DNA of 64,000 nt from an uncultured Brevinematales bacterium (GTDB lineage Bacteria > Spirochaetota > Brevinematia > DTOW01), in contig CAYYXA010000027.1 in the NCBI GenBank assembly GCA_964475465.1, positions 2,397 to 66,396 of the forward strand, read 5' to 3'. Positions within the stretch are counted from its first letter, which is position 1; every line of letters begins with the position of its first letter. Of this stretch, positions 18,734 through 28,745 are shown one piece after another. A program made the position numbers and the translations under genes. Under the pieces are notes generated by a model, which was not told the DNA's origin, ran no database searches, and saw only the letters and a program-made list of their open reading frames with translations.

Positions 18734-19968
18734 ACTTTGAACACAGATTTTACCTTCTCTATCGCTTCTATTGCTATGTCTATGTCCTCTTTGGTATTGT
18801 AAATATAAGTACTTATCCTAGCTGTACCAGCACCAGCACCTATTCTATTGAGTAGTGGCTGAGCACAATGATGTCCCGATCTTATTGCTATACCCTCCCT
18901 ATCAAGAATATAGGCAATATCGTGTGGATGTACACCATCAATAACGAAAGAAAACACTCCAAGCCTACCATCAACCTTGTTAGGTGAAAATAGCTTTATA
19001 CCTTTTATTTCCGATAATCTCTCCAAAGTATAAGCTGTAATTTCCCTCTCTATCTTTTCTACATTTTCCATACCTATCGAAGACAAGTAATCAACGGCAG
19101 CACCCAGACCTATACCACCAGCTATGTTTGCTGTCCCTGCCTCAAACTTCCAAGGTAATTCATTCCAAGTACTACCTTCGATAGTAACAGTATCTATCAT
19201 ATCACCACCATAAAGAAAAGGTTCTATCTCCTCTAATATTTCCTTCTTACCATATACAAAACCTATTCCAGTTGGACCACACATCTTATGTCCCGTACCT
19301 ACATAAAAATCACACCCTATGTCCTGAACATCAACCTTAAGGTGCGGAAGCCCCTGAGCACCATCCACAACAGTTATGGCACCAACCTCTTTAGCCAATG
19401 AAACAATCTCCTTCACCGGATTTATAACCCCGGTAATGTTTGAAACATGCCCAATACTCACAATCTTAGTTCTCTCAGTAAGTAATTTCCTGTAATCCTC
19501 AATCGACAATGTATAATCATCGTTTATATCTATATACTTAAGTTTAGCACCTGTTTTCTTAGCTACAAATTGCCAAGGCACCAAGTTTGAATGGTGTTCT
19601 GAAATTGATATTATTATCTCATCACCTTCCCTCAGCCTATTCAAGGCTAAAGAATAAGCAATTAGGTTAATCCCCTCAGTAGCATTTCTAACAAATACTA
19701 TCTCTTGCCAGGACTTAGCATTAATGAATCTAGCAACCTTCTTATGAGCCTCCTCATACTCTACCGTCGCCTCATAACTAAGCAAATGAATACTTCTATG
19801 AATATTAGCATTGTGCATCTTATAAAATTCTTCAATCTTAGAAATAACCTGAATAGGTTTTTGGGAAGTAGCAGCATTATCAAGATAAACTAACTTTTTG
19901 CCCCTAATCCTCCTCTCGAATATCGGGAAATCATTTCTAATAACCTCAGGTGAAAACTCTTTCATCAT
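18730..19968 (-). CDS. sufS: Cysteine desulfurase, SufS subfamily
   Basis: LDNAATSQKP...RSGHHCAQP carries the SufS-type motif, plus the PLP lysine region. I placed the start at the ATG at 19968, preceded by GGAG at an 8-nt spacing. Confidence 0.85.
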   Translation of the reverse strand: MMKEFSPEVIRNDFPIFERRIRGKKLVYLDNAATSQKPIQVISKIEEFYKMHNANIHRSIHLLSYEATVEYEEAHKKVARFINAKSWQEIVFVRNATEGINLIAYSLALNRLREGDEIIISISEHHSNLVPWQFVAKKTGAKLKYIDINDDYTLSIEDYRKLLTERTKIVSIGHVSNITGVINPVKEIVSLAKEVGAITVVDGAQGLPHLKVDVQDIGCDFYVGTGHKMCGPTGIGFVYGKKEILEEIEPFLYGGDMIDTVTIEGSTWNELPWKFEAGTANIAGGIGLGAAVDYLSSIGMENVEKIEREITAYTLERLSEIKGIKLFSPNKVDGRLGVFSFVIDGVHPHDIAYILDREGIAIRSGHHCAQPLLNRIGAGAGTARISTYIYNTKEDIDIAIEAIEKVKSVFKV

Positions 19969-20214
19969 ACCAAAAACTCCTCGAAATAATACTCTTACGA
20001 TATTATCATTAAATTTAAATAAGTTTGTTAAAAAATTCAAACTTAAGCTACCACGGCTTACATGATATGTTCCATCTTTAAACCTAAAACCACTCTAACC
20101 AACCGTTTCCTTATTTAGCAAGACCACCTTAAGCAGTTCAATCACCTTACAAGCTAAGCTTTGCCTCTTTATTATCTTATCTAAGAGAGGTACACCACAG
20201 ATTCATACCAAATA

Positions 20215-22185
20215 TCACAAAAGATTTACAGGATTTCTATCAATCTCTATATATACTCCTTTCCTACCCCTTAACTCTCTATAAACAGCCCTTTGAATAG
20301 TCGTCAAAAGATCCTCATCTTTAGTCTTTACTATCATCTGATACCTATAATTCTTTGAAATCTTCTTGATAGGTGCAGGTAATAAAGGAGACACGAATGT
20401 GTCAGCTCTCTTGAAAGTTAACCCTTCTATAATAATCCTTGCAGCATTACCAATCTCCAAACACTTCCTTTCCTCTTCAGACCTGAATATAAACCTAGTG
20501 ATGTAGTAAAAAGGAGGATACTTAAAACTCTCTCTCCTTTTTATCTCTTCATTGTAAAACTCTTCATAATTTTGTTTTACACCAGTAGTTATACTGTAAT
20601 GCTCAGTATCGTATGTCTGAATTATTGCCTTCCCTTTTCTATCTCTTCTACCGGCTCTACCTACAGCCTGAGAAACCAAGAAAAAAGTTCTTTCAGAAGC
20701 ATAAAAATCTGGAAGCCTCAAAGAAAATTCAGGATAGAAAACACAAACAAGATTTATACCAGGTATATCAACACCTTTAGCTATTATTTGTGTACCAACC
20801 ACCACATCCAAACTCCCACTCTTAAGTTCCTTGTACAAAGCATCGTATGATTCTTTTCCTTTCATACTATCCATATCAACCCTACGAATCCTGTATTTGT
20901 GGAAAAGGCTTCTCAAAACATCCTCCACTCTCTCTGTCCCCAAACCAATTTCCCTTACCTTCGAAGACTTACAGGCTTTGCAAACTTCCGAATATCTTTC
21001 CTTGTACCCGCAATGATGGCATTCTAAAGAAGTTCTATACTTATGATAGGTAAGAGAAATATCACAATTAGGGCAAGAAGGAACATATCCACAATTCTCA
21101 CACATTACAAACTGACTATACCCCCTTCTATTAATGAAAATCAGTACCTGTTCATCATTTTTAAGCTTGCTTGTAATCTCATAGAGCACTTTAGGAGACA
21201 AAACCGTATTACCCTTCTCCTTCTTCATATCAACAAACTCAACTTCTATTTCCTGGTACTTTGAGTACTTGTTAAGAATCCTTAGCAATTCATACTCACC
21301 ATTCAATCCCCTATAGTAGTCTTCAACCAAAGGTGTAGCACTACCTAAAACGGTAGTGATATTCCTTTTTCTACTAAGCCACCTCACCAAATCACGAACA
21401 CTATACCTAGGAGTGCTAGACGATTTATAAGAAGTCTCATGTTCCTCATCAACAATTATAAGCTCCAAATCACTGAATGGTAAGAAAATAGCCGACCTTG
21501 CACCTATAACAAACTTCTTTATACCTTTCTTAACATCCATGTAAACATTAAACCTCTCATTATCCGTAAGCTTGCTGTGATAAACTCCTAAAACTTCCCT
21601 AGGAACAAAAGAGAACCTATCAACAAGCTGAGGCGTAAGCGATATCTCCGGAACAAGCAGAAGGCATGATTTACCCCTGTTCAAAACTTCTTGAACTAAC
21701 TTTCTATAAATTTCAGTTTTACCGCTGCCCGTAACACCATATAGAAGAAATATCTTTCCATTACCCAAAGAACTCACTACCCTAGAATAAGCAATCTCCT
21801 GCTCTTCAGTTAATTTTATCTCCAACCTTACGAACCTCAATTTCTCCTCCAAACCATCAGGTTCATTCTTCCTGGAATACCTAACACCCTTTGGAATCAT
21901 CAAGAATACAGCTTCCGAAAGTGTACATGTGTAATACTCAGAAATAAACCTAGCAAATTCCATTTGTTCATCAGAAAAAACAGGCTCCTTGTCAACAATA
22001 GAAATAACCTTACCTAACCTATTAGGTCCAGGCTCATCAGATACATTAACTATTATACCCTCAGTCTCCTCACCTGAAAAAATAACCTTAACTCTTTCAT
22101 ACCTCTTAGCCTTGCTAGAAAACTCTCCTAACTCATACCAAAACGTACTTTCAACAGGAAGGTTTACCAATATTTCAGCAAACAT
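20215..22185 (-). CDS. priA: Primosomal protein N' (replication restart helicase PriA)
   Basis: Walker A motif GVTGSGKTE, DEEH box, Cys4 zinc-binding region (CENCGY...CPNC...CHHCG), and helicase C-terminal domain. Confidence 0.9.
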   Translation of the reverse strand: MFAEILVNLPVESTFWYELGEFSSKAKRYERVKVIFSGEETEGIIVNVSDEPGPNRLGKVISIVDKEPVFSDEQMEFARFISEYYTCTLSEAVFLMIPKGVRYSRKNEPDGLEEKLRFVRLEIKLTEEQEIAYSRVVSSLGNGKIFLLYGVTGSGKTEIYRKLVQEVLNRGKSCLLLVPEISLTPQLVDRFSFVPREVLGVYHSKLTDNERFNVYMDVKKGIKKFVIGARSAIFLPFSDLELIIVDEEHETSYKSSSTPRYSVRDLVRWLSRKRNITTVLGSATPLVEDYYRGLNGEYELLRILNKYSKYQEIEVEFVDMKKEKGNTVLSPKVLYEITSKLKNDEQVLIFINRRGYSQFVMCENCGYVPSCPNCDISLTYHKYRTSLECHHCGYKERYSEVCKACKSSKVREIGLGTERVEDVLRSLFHKYRIRRVDMDSMKGKESYDALYKELKSGSLDVVVGTQIIAKGVDIPGINLVCVFYPEFSLRLPDFYASERTFFLVSQAVGRAGRRDRKGKAIIQTYDTEHYSITTGVKQNYEEFYNEEIKRRESFKYPPFYYITRFIFRSEEERKCLEIGNAARIIIEGLTFKRADTFVSPLLPAPIKKISKNYRYQMIVKTKDEDLLTTIQRAVYRELRGRKGVYIEIDRNPVNLL

Positions 22186-22186
22186 A

Positions 22187-22771
22187 TTATTCCCAATCTC
22201 TCAACCTCTCTCTTTGCTTCTTTATGAACTCAATTCTCTGAGAACTAAAATCAACTTTCTCAAAATTCTTACTGGGATCTTCTCTCTTCTTAAACAAAGA
22301 GAGCAAAGTATCTATAAAATCCTCTCTAACCTTACCAGCGTCCTGACTTTTCTGAACATTGAGAATATTTATCAATTCATTATCCTCAATTTTAGTCAAT
22401 ATGCTAGCTCCCTTATCCCCTGACGACATAACAAAGTAATCTTTACCTATCCTAACTATGTAAAGGAAAATCCCCGGAGCCAAAGACTTAGAAGCCATAA
22501 CTTCAATAATCCCGTAATCATCAACAGTAGTACCAACAGATCTTTTAATAAACCTAAGAGCAACATAAACAACGGCAACAACGATAACTAGAGTAACAAG
22601 AATATTAAGTATATCAACAACAACCCCCCAAAAATCCCTTCCTTGATTAGCACCTTCCTGATTATAATACCTATCAAGGAACCCTTCATTAGTGTTAGTT
22701 TCCTGAGAAAAAGCCACAGAAGCAAAAGCCCAAATAATAAGGATGACCAAAATAACCCTAGACAACTTCAT
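22187..22771 (-). CDS. Membrane protein with FliO-like architecture (signal/TM plus C-terminal domain)
   Basis: A single TM helix is followed by IIEVMASKSLAPGIFLYIVRIGKDYFVMSSGDKGASILTKIED, which resembles the FliO/FliZ core (V.V..LG....L.LV.VG...YLLGV....I.LL). It is not in a flagellar operon, so this is a weak call. Confidence 0.35.
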   Translation of the reverse strand: MKLSRVILVILIIWAFASVAFSQETNTNEGFLDRYYNQEGANQGRDFWGVVVDILNILVTLVIVVAVVYVALRFIKRSVGTTVDDYGIIEVMASKSLAPGIFLYIVRIGKDYFVMSSGDKGASILTKIEDNELINILNVQKSQDAGKVREDFIDTLLSLFKKREDPSKNFEKVDFSSQRIEFIKKQRERLRDWE

Positions 22772-22960
22772 AAAACAATTTTAAAAAACAAGATAACTCA
22801 TATCAAATTAACCAGCCCACACAAAAACTTTATCGTTAAACCTTATGCCAAATAAAACTATCAAAAAAGTAACTATCCCCCAGATCAATCCGTACGTTAA
22901 CCTTATCAATTGCCTTGTTTCTAACTTGAATAGCCATAATGCATATTACAAAATAAATTT

Positions 22961-24553
22961 ATGAAAATAATAACACCAGAAGAAAGCAAATTAATAGACT
23001 CACTTCTTCAATCTAAGTTCGGCATTGATTCCCTAATCCTCATGGAAAATGCGGCAAGAGATACGTTAGAACTCTTATCAAAAATAACAAATAACGAATG
23101 GAACAAATACAACTTTCTCATATTTTCAGGTACAGGAAATAACGGAGGTGATGGGATAGCACTAGCTAGACACATATCATCATTAAGCCCTAACCTAAAA
23201 GTCTTCATTGTCGGAGACACAAACAAAACAACAAAAGAAACTCAAAAAAATCTAGAAATACTATCAAAAATCTTTGAAAACATTTTCTTCATACAAGAGA
23301 CAAATGAAGGTACAAAAATTTTCAACAAAGACAGAACAATAAAACAGGAATTAAACCTCATTTACGAGTATTTCAGCATAAATACGATAATAGTAGATGC
23401 ACTAGTAGGTGTAGGCGTAAAAGGTACTCTAAGAAATCCTATAAAGGAAGTAGTAGAAATAATAAATAACCTAAAAGAAAAAGGAGCTAAGGTAATATCT
23501 ATAGACGTACCATCAGGATTAAACTTGAGCTTGAAAAAAAGCGAAGTCTTAAAATCAACAATAGCGGTAAAAGCAGATACCACAATAACATTCTTCTCCA
23601 TCAAAGCTGGAATGTTCTTCAAAGAAGTTCAAAACTTCTTAGGTGATATTGTAGTATCAAACCTAAAAATTCCTAGAAACGTTCTAGAATCACTCGTAGA
23701 AAGCAATGTATTCTTGTTAACTGAAGACTACTTTGTTAGATATCCTGAAAAAGACATAAGCGGTGATAAAAAGAAGTACGGAAGAGTAGTATTCGTAGGT
23801 GGTAGTGAAAAGTACACCGGAGCATTAGTACTAGCACTCAAAGCATCAACAAAAACAGGGGCAGGCTACACAATAGCAATAACACTTGGGAAATACGACA
23901 GCATAATAAAATCGCAACTACCAGAAGTCATTTCCATACCTCTACCATCAAAAGACAGAGGATTTTTCTCAAAAGAAGACATAAACTACATAAGAGAAAT
24001 AATAAAACCAGATGATGTAATAGTTTTTGGCAACGGGATAGGTACCAGAGAAGAAACAAAAGAGTTCACCCTAAGCTTCTTAGAAGCATTTGAAGACAAT
24101 GTTATCGTTTTAGATGCTGACGGAATAAACAACATAGCTTCAAATAAGGAATTTATAAAGACTTTGAAAAACAAAGAAAAACTGATAATTACACCACATT
24201 TAAGGGAATTCGAGAGGCTATCAGGGCAAGACAACGTTGAAGAAGATCCTTTTGGAAAAGGACAAAGCTTTTGGAAAGAAATGGGAATTAACTTAGTTCT
24301 TAAAGACAACGTAATGTACTTTTATTCATCTGATGGCGAAATATGGATATCAAACCTAAACAAATCAAACCTAGCCAAAGGTGGAAGCGGTGACATTCTA
24401 GCTGGACTGATTGGTGGGAACGTAGCTTTCACAAAGGACATAAAAAGAGGTGTACTATTATCATTCTTCATGCTAGGCAAAGCATCAACCAAAGCACAAG
24501 AAAAATATCTCACCTCCTCACCCAGCCCAACTGACATAATAAACGAACTCTAA
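22961..24553 (+). CDS. nnr: Bifunctional NAD(P)H-hydrate epimerase / ADP-dependent dehydratase
   Basis: The YjeF-N motif is SGTGNNGGDGIALARHI. The C-terminal carbohydrate-kinase-like motif is GGSGDILAGLIGG. Confidence 0.85.
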   Translation: MKIITPEESKLIDSLLQSKFGIDSLILMENAARDTLELLSKITNNEWNKYNFLIFSGTGNNGGDGIALARHISSLSPNLKVFIVGDTNKTTKETQKNLEILSKIFENIFFIQETNEGTKIFNKDRTIKQELNLIYEYFSINTIIVDALVGVGVKGTLRNPIKEVVEIINNLKEKGAKVISIDVPSGLNLSLKKSEVLKSTIAVKADTTITFFSIKAGMFFKEVQNFLGDIVVSNLKIPRNVLESLVESNVFLLTEDYFVRYPEKDISGDKKKYGRVVFVGGSEKYTGALVLALKASTKTGAGYTIAITLGKYDSIIKSQLPEVISIPLPSKDRGFFSKEDINYIREIIKPDDVIVFGNGIGTREETKEFTLSFLEAFEDNVIVLDADGINNIASNKEFIKTLKNKEKLIITPHLREFERLSGQDNVEEDPFGKGQSFWKEMGINLVLKDNVMYFYSSDGEIWISNLNKSNLAKGGSGDILAGLIGGNVAFTKDIKRGVLLSFFMLGKASTKAQEKYLTSSPSPTDIINEL

Positions 24554-24729
24554 ATGCTTATATAACAAATGCTAACTATAGCACCAAGTACTTATTCCAA
24601 ATTAAAAACCCCCAGACTCAAATTGCTACAAAGGTATCGTAAAGTTGAGTTCCTCAACTACAAATTGCTAGGCACCCTACAGCTTATTCAATTAAGCTCA
24701 TTACGATTAGAAAAGCCAGACGTGTTTAT

Positions 24730-24751
24730 GGAGAGGCATAAATGCCTCTCC
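24730..24751. terminator. Bidirectional hairpin terminator between convergent nnr and hppA
   Basis: GGAGAGGCAT-AA-ATGCCTCTCC forms a 10-bp inverted repeat, followed by TAAATAAATTTTACTTTTTTTA. Confidence 0.6.
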
Positions 24752-24770
24752 TAAATAAATTTTACTTTTT

Positions 24771-27017
24771 TTACTTTTCCTGTTCTTGGTAAATGTTACC
24801 TCTCTTGCTAAGCAATACGGCAATGGTAAGAGCAATCAAAGCAACTAATACAACAGCTACTCTAATCCATACACTGATGTCCAATATCACTATTGGAGCA
24901 ATCAAAAGCGAAACGAGGTTGACAACCTTAATCAATGGGTTGAGAGATGGGCCGGCAGTATCCTTAAACGGATCACCAACGGTATCACCGACAACAGCAG
25001 CTTTGTGAGCATCCGTACCTTTTCCACCTAAGAAACCATCCTCAATTTTCTTCTTAGCGTTATCCCAGACACCACCAGCATTAGCCATAAACACAGCTAA
25101 AAGCTGTCCTGACAATATAGCACCAGCTAAGAAGCCACCCAAAGCACCAGCACCGAACAAGAATCCAACGAGTATTGGCGAAAATATAGCCAATATTCCA
25201 GGGCTAAGTAATTCCTTCTGTGCCATTGCAGTAACAATATCAACAGTCTTACCATAATCAGGTTTCTCCTTCCACTCCATTATTCCAGGTTTTTCTCTAA
25301 ACTGCCTCCTAACCTCCTCAACGACTAAGAAAGCTGCTCTACCAACAGCTTTAATTGCAAAAGAAGAGAACAAGAAAGGCACAGCACCACCTATAAGAAG
25401 TCCGACAAAAACATCCGGCAAGTTTATCTGTATCCCTAACTCAAAAAGCATAGCTTCGTCTATGAAAGATCTAAATAGAGATATAGCAGCAATGACAGCA
25501 GTAGCTATAGCCAAACCTTTGGTAAGTGCTTTAGTTGTATTACCTATAGCATCCATTCTATCAAGAACTCTACTAGCTCTTTCTTCCTTGACACCTGACA
25601 TTTCGAATATACCGTGAGCGTTATCAGTTATTGGGCCATATGTGTCCATAGCCAATATATAGCCAGTTGTTGTCAAAAGTCCCAAACCTGTTAAAGCGAT
25701 ACTGTAAGAAGCAAGTGACAAGTTTTCAGGAAATACCAGCACTGCGGAAATAATTGTACCAGCTATAGCAACTATCCCCCAAACCGAAGATTCCATACCT
25801 ACTCCCATACCAGTGAGTATAACAGTTGCCGGACCAGTCTTACTTGAGTACGAAACTTCAGTAGCAGGCTTCTTATCTGGATGAGTGAAATAATCAGTTA
25901 GCCACATTGTCACAACAGCAAGAAGTATACCAACCGAAGGCGGTATCAAAAATCTAAAATCCGGCTTACCGCTAACAGGATCAATTAAATACAACCACAC
26001 AACAACAGCAAAACCAACTATCGAAAGGAATCCTGAAAGGATGTATCCCCTAGTTATACCTTTCATAGGATCACTTTCATCTTCTTTCATTCTAACACTC
26101 CAAATACCAATCATTGATGAAAATACACCGATAGCCCTAAGAATCAACGGAAACATTATGAGCTTAAGTGCAAAGCTAGTAGCACTATCGCCATACTTAG
26201 CTACAAAGCTTTGATCAAGAAGAGTAGCGGCAGCAAGAATGATAGCAGCAACCAAAGTAACCTCGTAAGACTCAAAAACGTCCGCCGTCATACCAGCACA
26301 ATCACCAACGTTATCACCAACATTGTCAGCAATTGTAGCAGCATTCCTCGGATCATCCTCAGGTATACCTTTTTCAACTTTCCCGACCAAATCGGCACCA
26401 ACATCAGCAGCTTTGGTATAAATACCACCGCCAACCCTCATAAAGAGAGCAGCAAGAGCAGCACCAAAACCAAATCCTACCAAAACCTTCATCGCCTCTT
26501 CCTTGAATATCATGAATATTATGGTAGCACCTAGAAGCCCAAATCCTAGTGTGAACATTCCTGAAACAGCACCAGCTCTAAACGAAACTTTTAGAGAATC
26601 AGAGAAGCTTTTTGTCAAAGCAGTGTAAGCAGTCCTAACATTCGCCTTAACGGCAAGCCACATCCCTACGAAACCAGCACCATATGAAGCAAAAACCCCC
26701 ATGAGAAACGCAATTGCAATACCCAAAGGTAACCTAATATCCCCCTTGTAAACTTGCTGATATACAAAAAACAATATCACCATCAAAGCAATAATGAACC
26801 ATATCATAGTGTTGAACTGCCTTCTCAAGTAAGCCATTGCTCCTTCTTCTATAGCAGAAGCCACCTCAAGCATCTTTTGATTATCAACACCAACTCTAAG
26901 AACATACCTCACAAGGAAAAGCCCATACAGAAGTGCAACAATAGCACTAGCAAGAACAAAGTAAAGTATCCCCCACTCAACAGGCCCAAAGGTAGGAAGT
27001 ACTATCTTACCTTCCAT
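24771..27017 (-). CDS. hppA: Membrane-bound ion-pumping pyrophosphatase (V-PPase), with the K+-independent-type signature
   Basis: 748 aa with about 16 TM helices. It carries GDNVGDCAGMTADVFESYEV, DNAGG, and the GNTTKA motif with Lys at the position that separates K+-independent from K+-dependent enzymes. Confidence 0.95.
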   Translation of the reverse strand: MEGKIVLPTFGPVEWGILYFVLASAIVALLYGLFLVRYVLRVGVDNQKMLEVASAIEEGAMAYLRRQFNTMIWFIIALMVILFFVYQQVYKGDIRLPLGIAIAFLMGVFASYGAGFVGMWLAVKANVRTAYTALTKSFSDSLKVSFRAGAVSGMFTLGFGLLGATIIFMIFKEEAMKVLVGFGFGAALAALFMRVGGGIYTKAADVGADLVGKVEKGIPEDDPRNAATIADNVGDNVGDCAGMTADVFESYEVTLVAAIILAAATLLDQSFVAKYGDSATSFALKLIMFPLILRAIGVFSSMIGIWSVRMKEDESDPMKGITRGYILSGFLSIVGFAVVVWLYLIDPVSGKPDFRFLIPPSVGILLAVVTMWLTDYFTHPDKKPATEVSYSSKTGPATVILTGMGVGMESSVWGIVAIAGTIISAVLVFPENLSLASYSIALTGLGLLTTTGYILAMDTYGPITDNAHGIFEMSGVKEERASRVLDRMDAIGNTTKALTKGLAIATAVIAAISLFRSFIDEAMLFELGIQINLPDVFVGLLIGGAVPFLFSSFAIKAVGRAAFLVVEEVRRQFREKPGIMEWKEKPDYGKTVDIVTAMAQKELLSPGILAIFSPILVGFLFGAGALGGFLAGAILSGQLLAVFMANAGGVWDNAKKKIEDGFLGGKGTDAHKAAVVGDTVGDPFKDTAGPSLNPLIKVVNLVSLLIAPIVILDISVWIRVAVVLVALIALTIAVLLSKRGNIYQEQEK

Positions 27018-27264
27018 AAGGAAACCTCCTTTTTGTCATATTATCAAACAGACAAACAAATTTTTCAACATACTCGTAACTTCAAGTTTGTTAAGATATA
27101 CATCCCTAGTGTGTAAAAAAACTTATCTAACTTTTTACACCTTCAAGCTATTCCAAAACCCTTCTAGTGTGAAACCTCATAAATTAATAAAAACCTGCAT
27201 CTTCCAACGTTTTCTGTAATTCTTGAAAGTATGGAAGATGTTTAAGTATAATTATTTTAGCAGT

Positions 27265-27337
27265 GGGCCCGTAGCTCAGTTGGGAGAGCACTACAATGGC
27301 ATTGTAGGGGTCGTGGGTTCGAGTCCCATCGGGTCCA
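27265..27337 (+). tRNA. tRNA-Ala (anticodon GGC)
   Basis: Manual cloverleaf: acceptor GGGCCCG/CGGGTCC with the G3:U70 Ala identity pair. Anticodon stem CTACA/TGTAG, anticodon loop ATGGCAT. T-loop TTCGAGT, discriminator A. No encoded CCA. Confidence 0.85.
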
Positions 27338-27342
27338 CATCT

Positions 27343-28296
27343 CTACTTTACTCCTATCATCACCATCGAACTCATTAATGTGAAATTCTCTATCTTCACC
27401 TTCCCTAAAGTATGGTATATCGCTGTTTTCGCTAATCTCAAGTATCTCTCAAAACCTTTGGTATTTAGGTAAACTTTGATAAGTTTCGGCAAAACTCCAA
27501 ACTCAACAGGGTAAAACTCTAAAACTTTCCTAAAGCCTACCCGATTTAATAGCTTCCTAAGCCCAACATTTGAGAAATAATGCAAATGCCCAGGAAGGTA
27601 ATAGTGATAGTACCCGCCCCAAAACCTACTCTGAAGTCCTAATATGTTTGCAGTTTGAACCAAAAACACACCGCCATCCCTAAGAGATTCAAAAACCTTC
27701 CTAATAGAAAACACAGGATTGTCCAAATGCTCTATAACTTCTACCATTGTCACAATATCAAAAAATCCCTTCGGCAAATCAACTTCGTCCAAGTGCCCCT
27801 CAAAAACCTCTATCCCTCTCTTTCTTGCATAGCCACCAGAATACCTTGAAATCTCAACTCCATAAGGTTTAAGTCCAAACCTTGAAGCTTCAAGAAGCAA
27901 CCCACCAAAAGAACAACCCACGTCAATAATATTCTCAGGCTTCCTACCGTTGTAATACTCATAAACCTCAACCACCTTCCTAATCCTCTCTCTCCAAACA
28001 AAGGAACTCCCCTTAACCTTCCTCTCATCAACATACGAATAACTTGAACTTCCGTTATAATATCCTTCGGAATACAGATTAGCTATCTCCTCTTTAGAAG
28101 GCATCGGATACCTAAACCCGATCTTACAATCAGAACACATATAAACATCAAAGTTATACTTCCTCGATCTTTCAAAAAACCTTATATTGTTACCTCCACA
28201 AATAGTGCACTTCACAACATGACTTATCGGATAAAAACTAAACCTTTTGAGCACATAATTTTTCTGAAATTTCAAAACCTTTTTCTCAACATTCAT
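27343..28296 (-). CDS. Class I SAM-dependent methyltransferase with N-terminal zinc-ribbon
   Basis: N-terminal CxxC...CxxC (CTICGG...CSDC) ribbon. Motif I is IIDVGCSFGGLL. The motif post-II is FDIVTMVEVIEHL. Confidence 0.7.
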   Translation of the reverse strand: MNVEKKVLKFQKNYVLKRFSFYPISHVVKCTICGGNNIRFFERSRKYNFDVYMCSDCKIGFRYPMPSKEEIANLYSEGYYNGSSSYSYVDERKVKGSSFVWRERIRKVVEVYEYYNGRKPENIIDVGCSFGGLLLEASRFGLKPYGVEISRYSGGYARKRGIEVFEGHLDEVDLPKGFFDIVTMVEVIEHLDNPVFSIRKVFESLRDGGVFLVQTANILGLQSRFWGGYYHYYLPGHLHYFSNVGLRKLLNRVGFRKVLEFYPVEFGVLPKLIKVYLNTKGFERYLRLAKTAIYHTLGKVKIENFTLMSSMVMIGVK

Positions 28297-28307
28297 AATT
28301 TTTCGAT

Positions 28308-28745
28308 ATGAGTGAGTTTGTGAATACTTTACTAGCTTTACTTATATTCGTACTTTCCGTATTCCTTTTTTTCAAACTCATAAACGTCTTGGCCATTTTC
28401 CTAAGGGCTAGGAAGGTAAAAAACAAAAAGGTGAACCTACCTCCAAAGTTAAGTAAGATCCTTACCGATAGAGGTTGTTTAGTAGTTTACTTCTCATCAC
28501 CACTAGCTGAAAAAGGTACAAAAAAGATGTCAAATGTTATGAAGATAATAAACGAAGAGTACAAGAACGTTGTGAAACTAGACATAACAAAGGACAAGAA
28601 GGAAGCAGAGCTATTAAACGCGATATCAGCCCCAACAACTATAATAATAGATAAAAACAGCATAGTAAGATATTACTTCACGGGTTTTAAGCCCTATCCT
28701 TCCGTGAAGAGCATGATAGAAGATGTTCTACAAAAGTCTAAGTAA
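28308..28745 (+). CDS. Membrane-anchored thioredoxin-fold protein (no CxxC)
   Basis: An N-terminal TM helix is followed by a thioredoxin-like beta-alpha-beta layout. The CxxC position reads SSPL. Confidence 0.35.
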   Translation: MSEFVNTLLALLIFVLSVFLFFKLINVLAIFLRARKVKNKKVNLPPKLSKILTDRGCLVVYFSSPLAEKGTKKMSNVMKIINEEYKNVVKLDITKDKKEAELLNAISAPTTIIIDKNSIVRYYFTGFKPYPSVKSMIEDVLQKSK

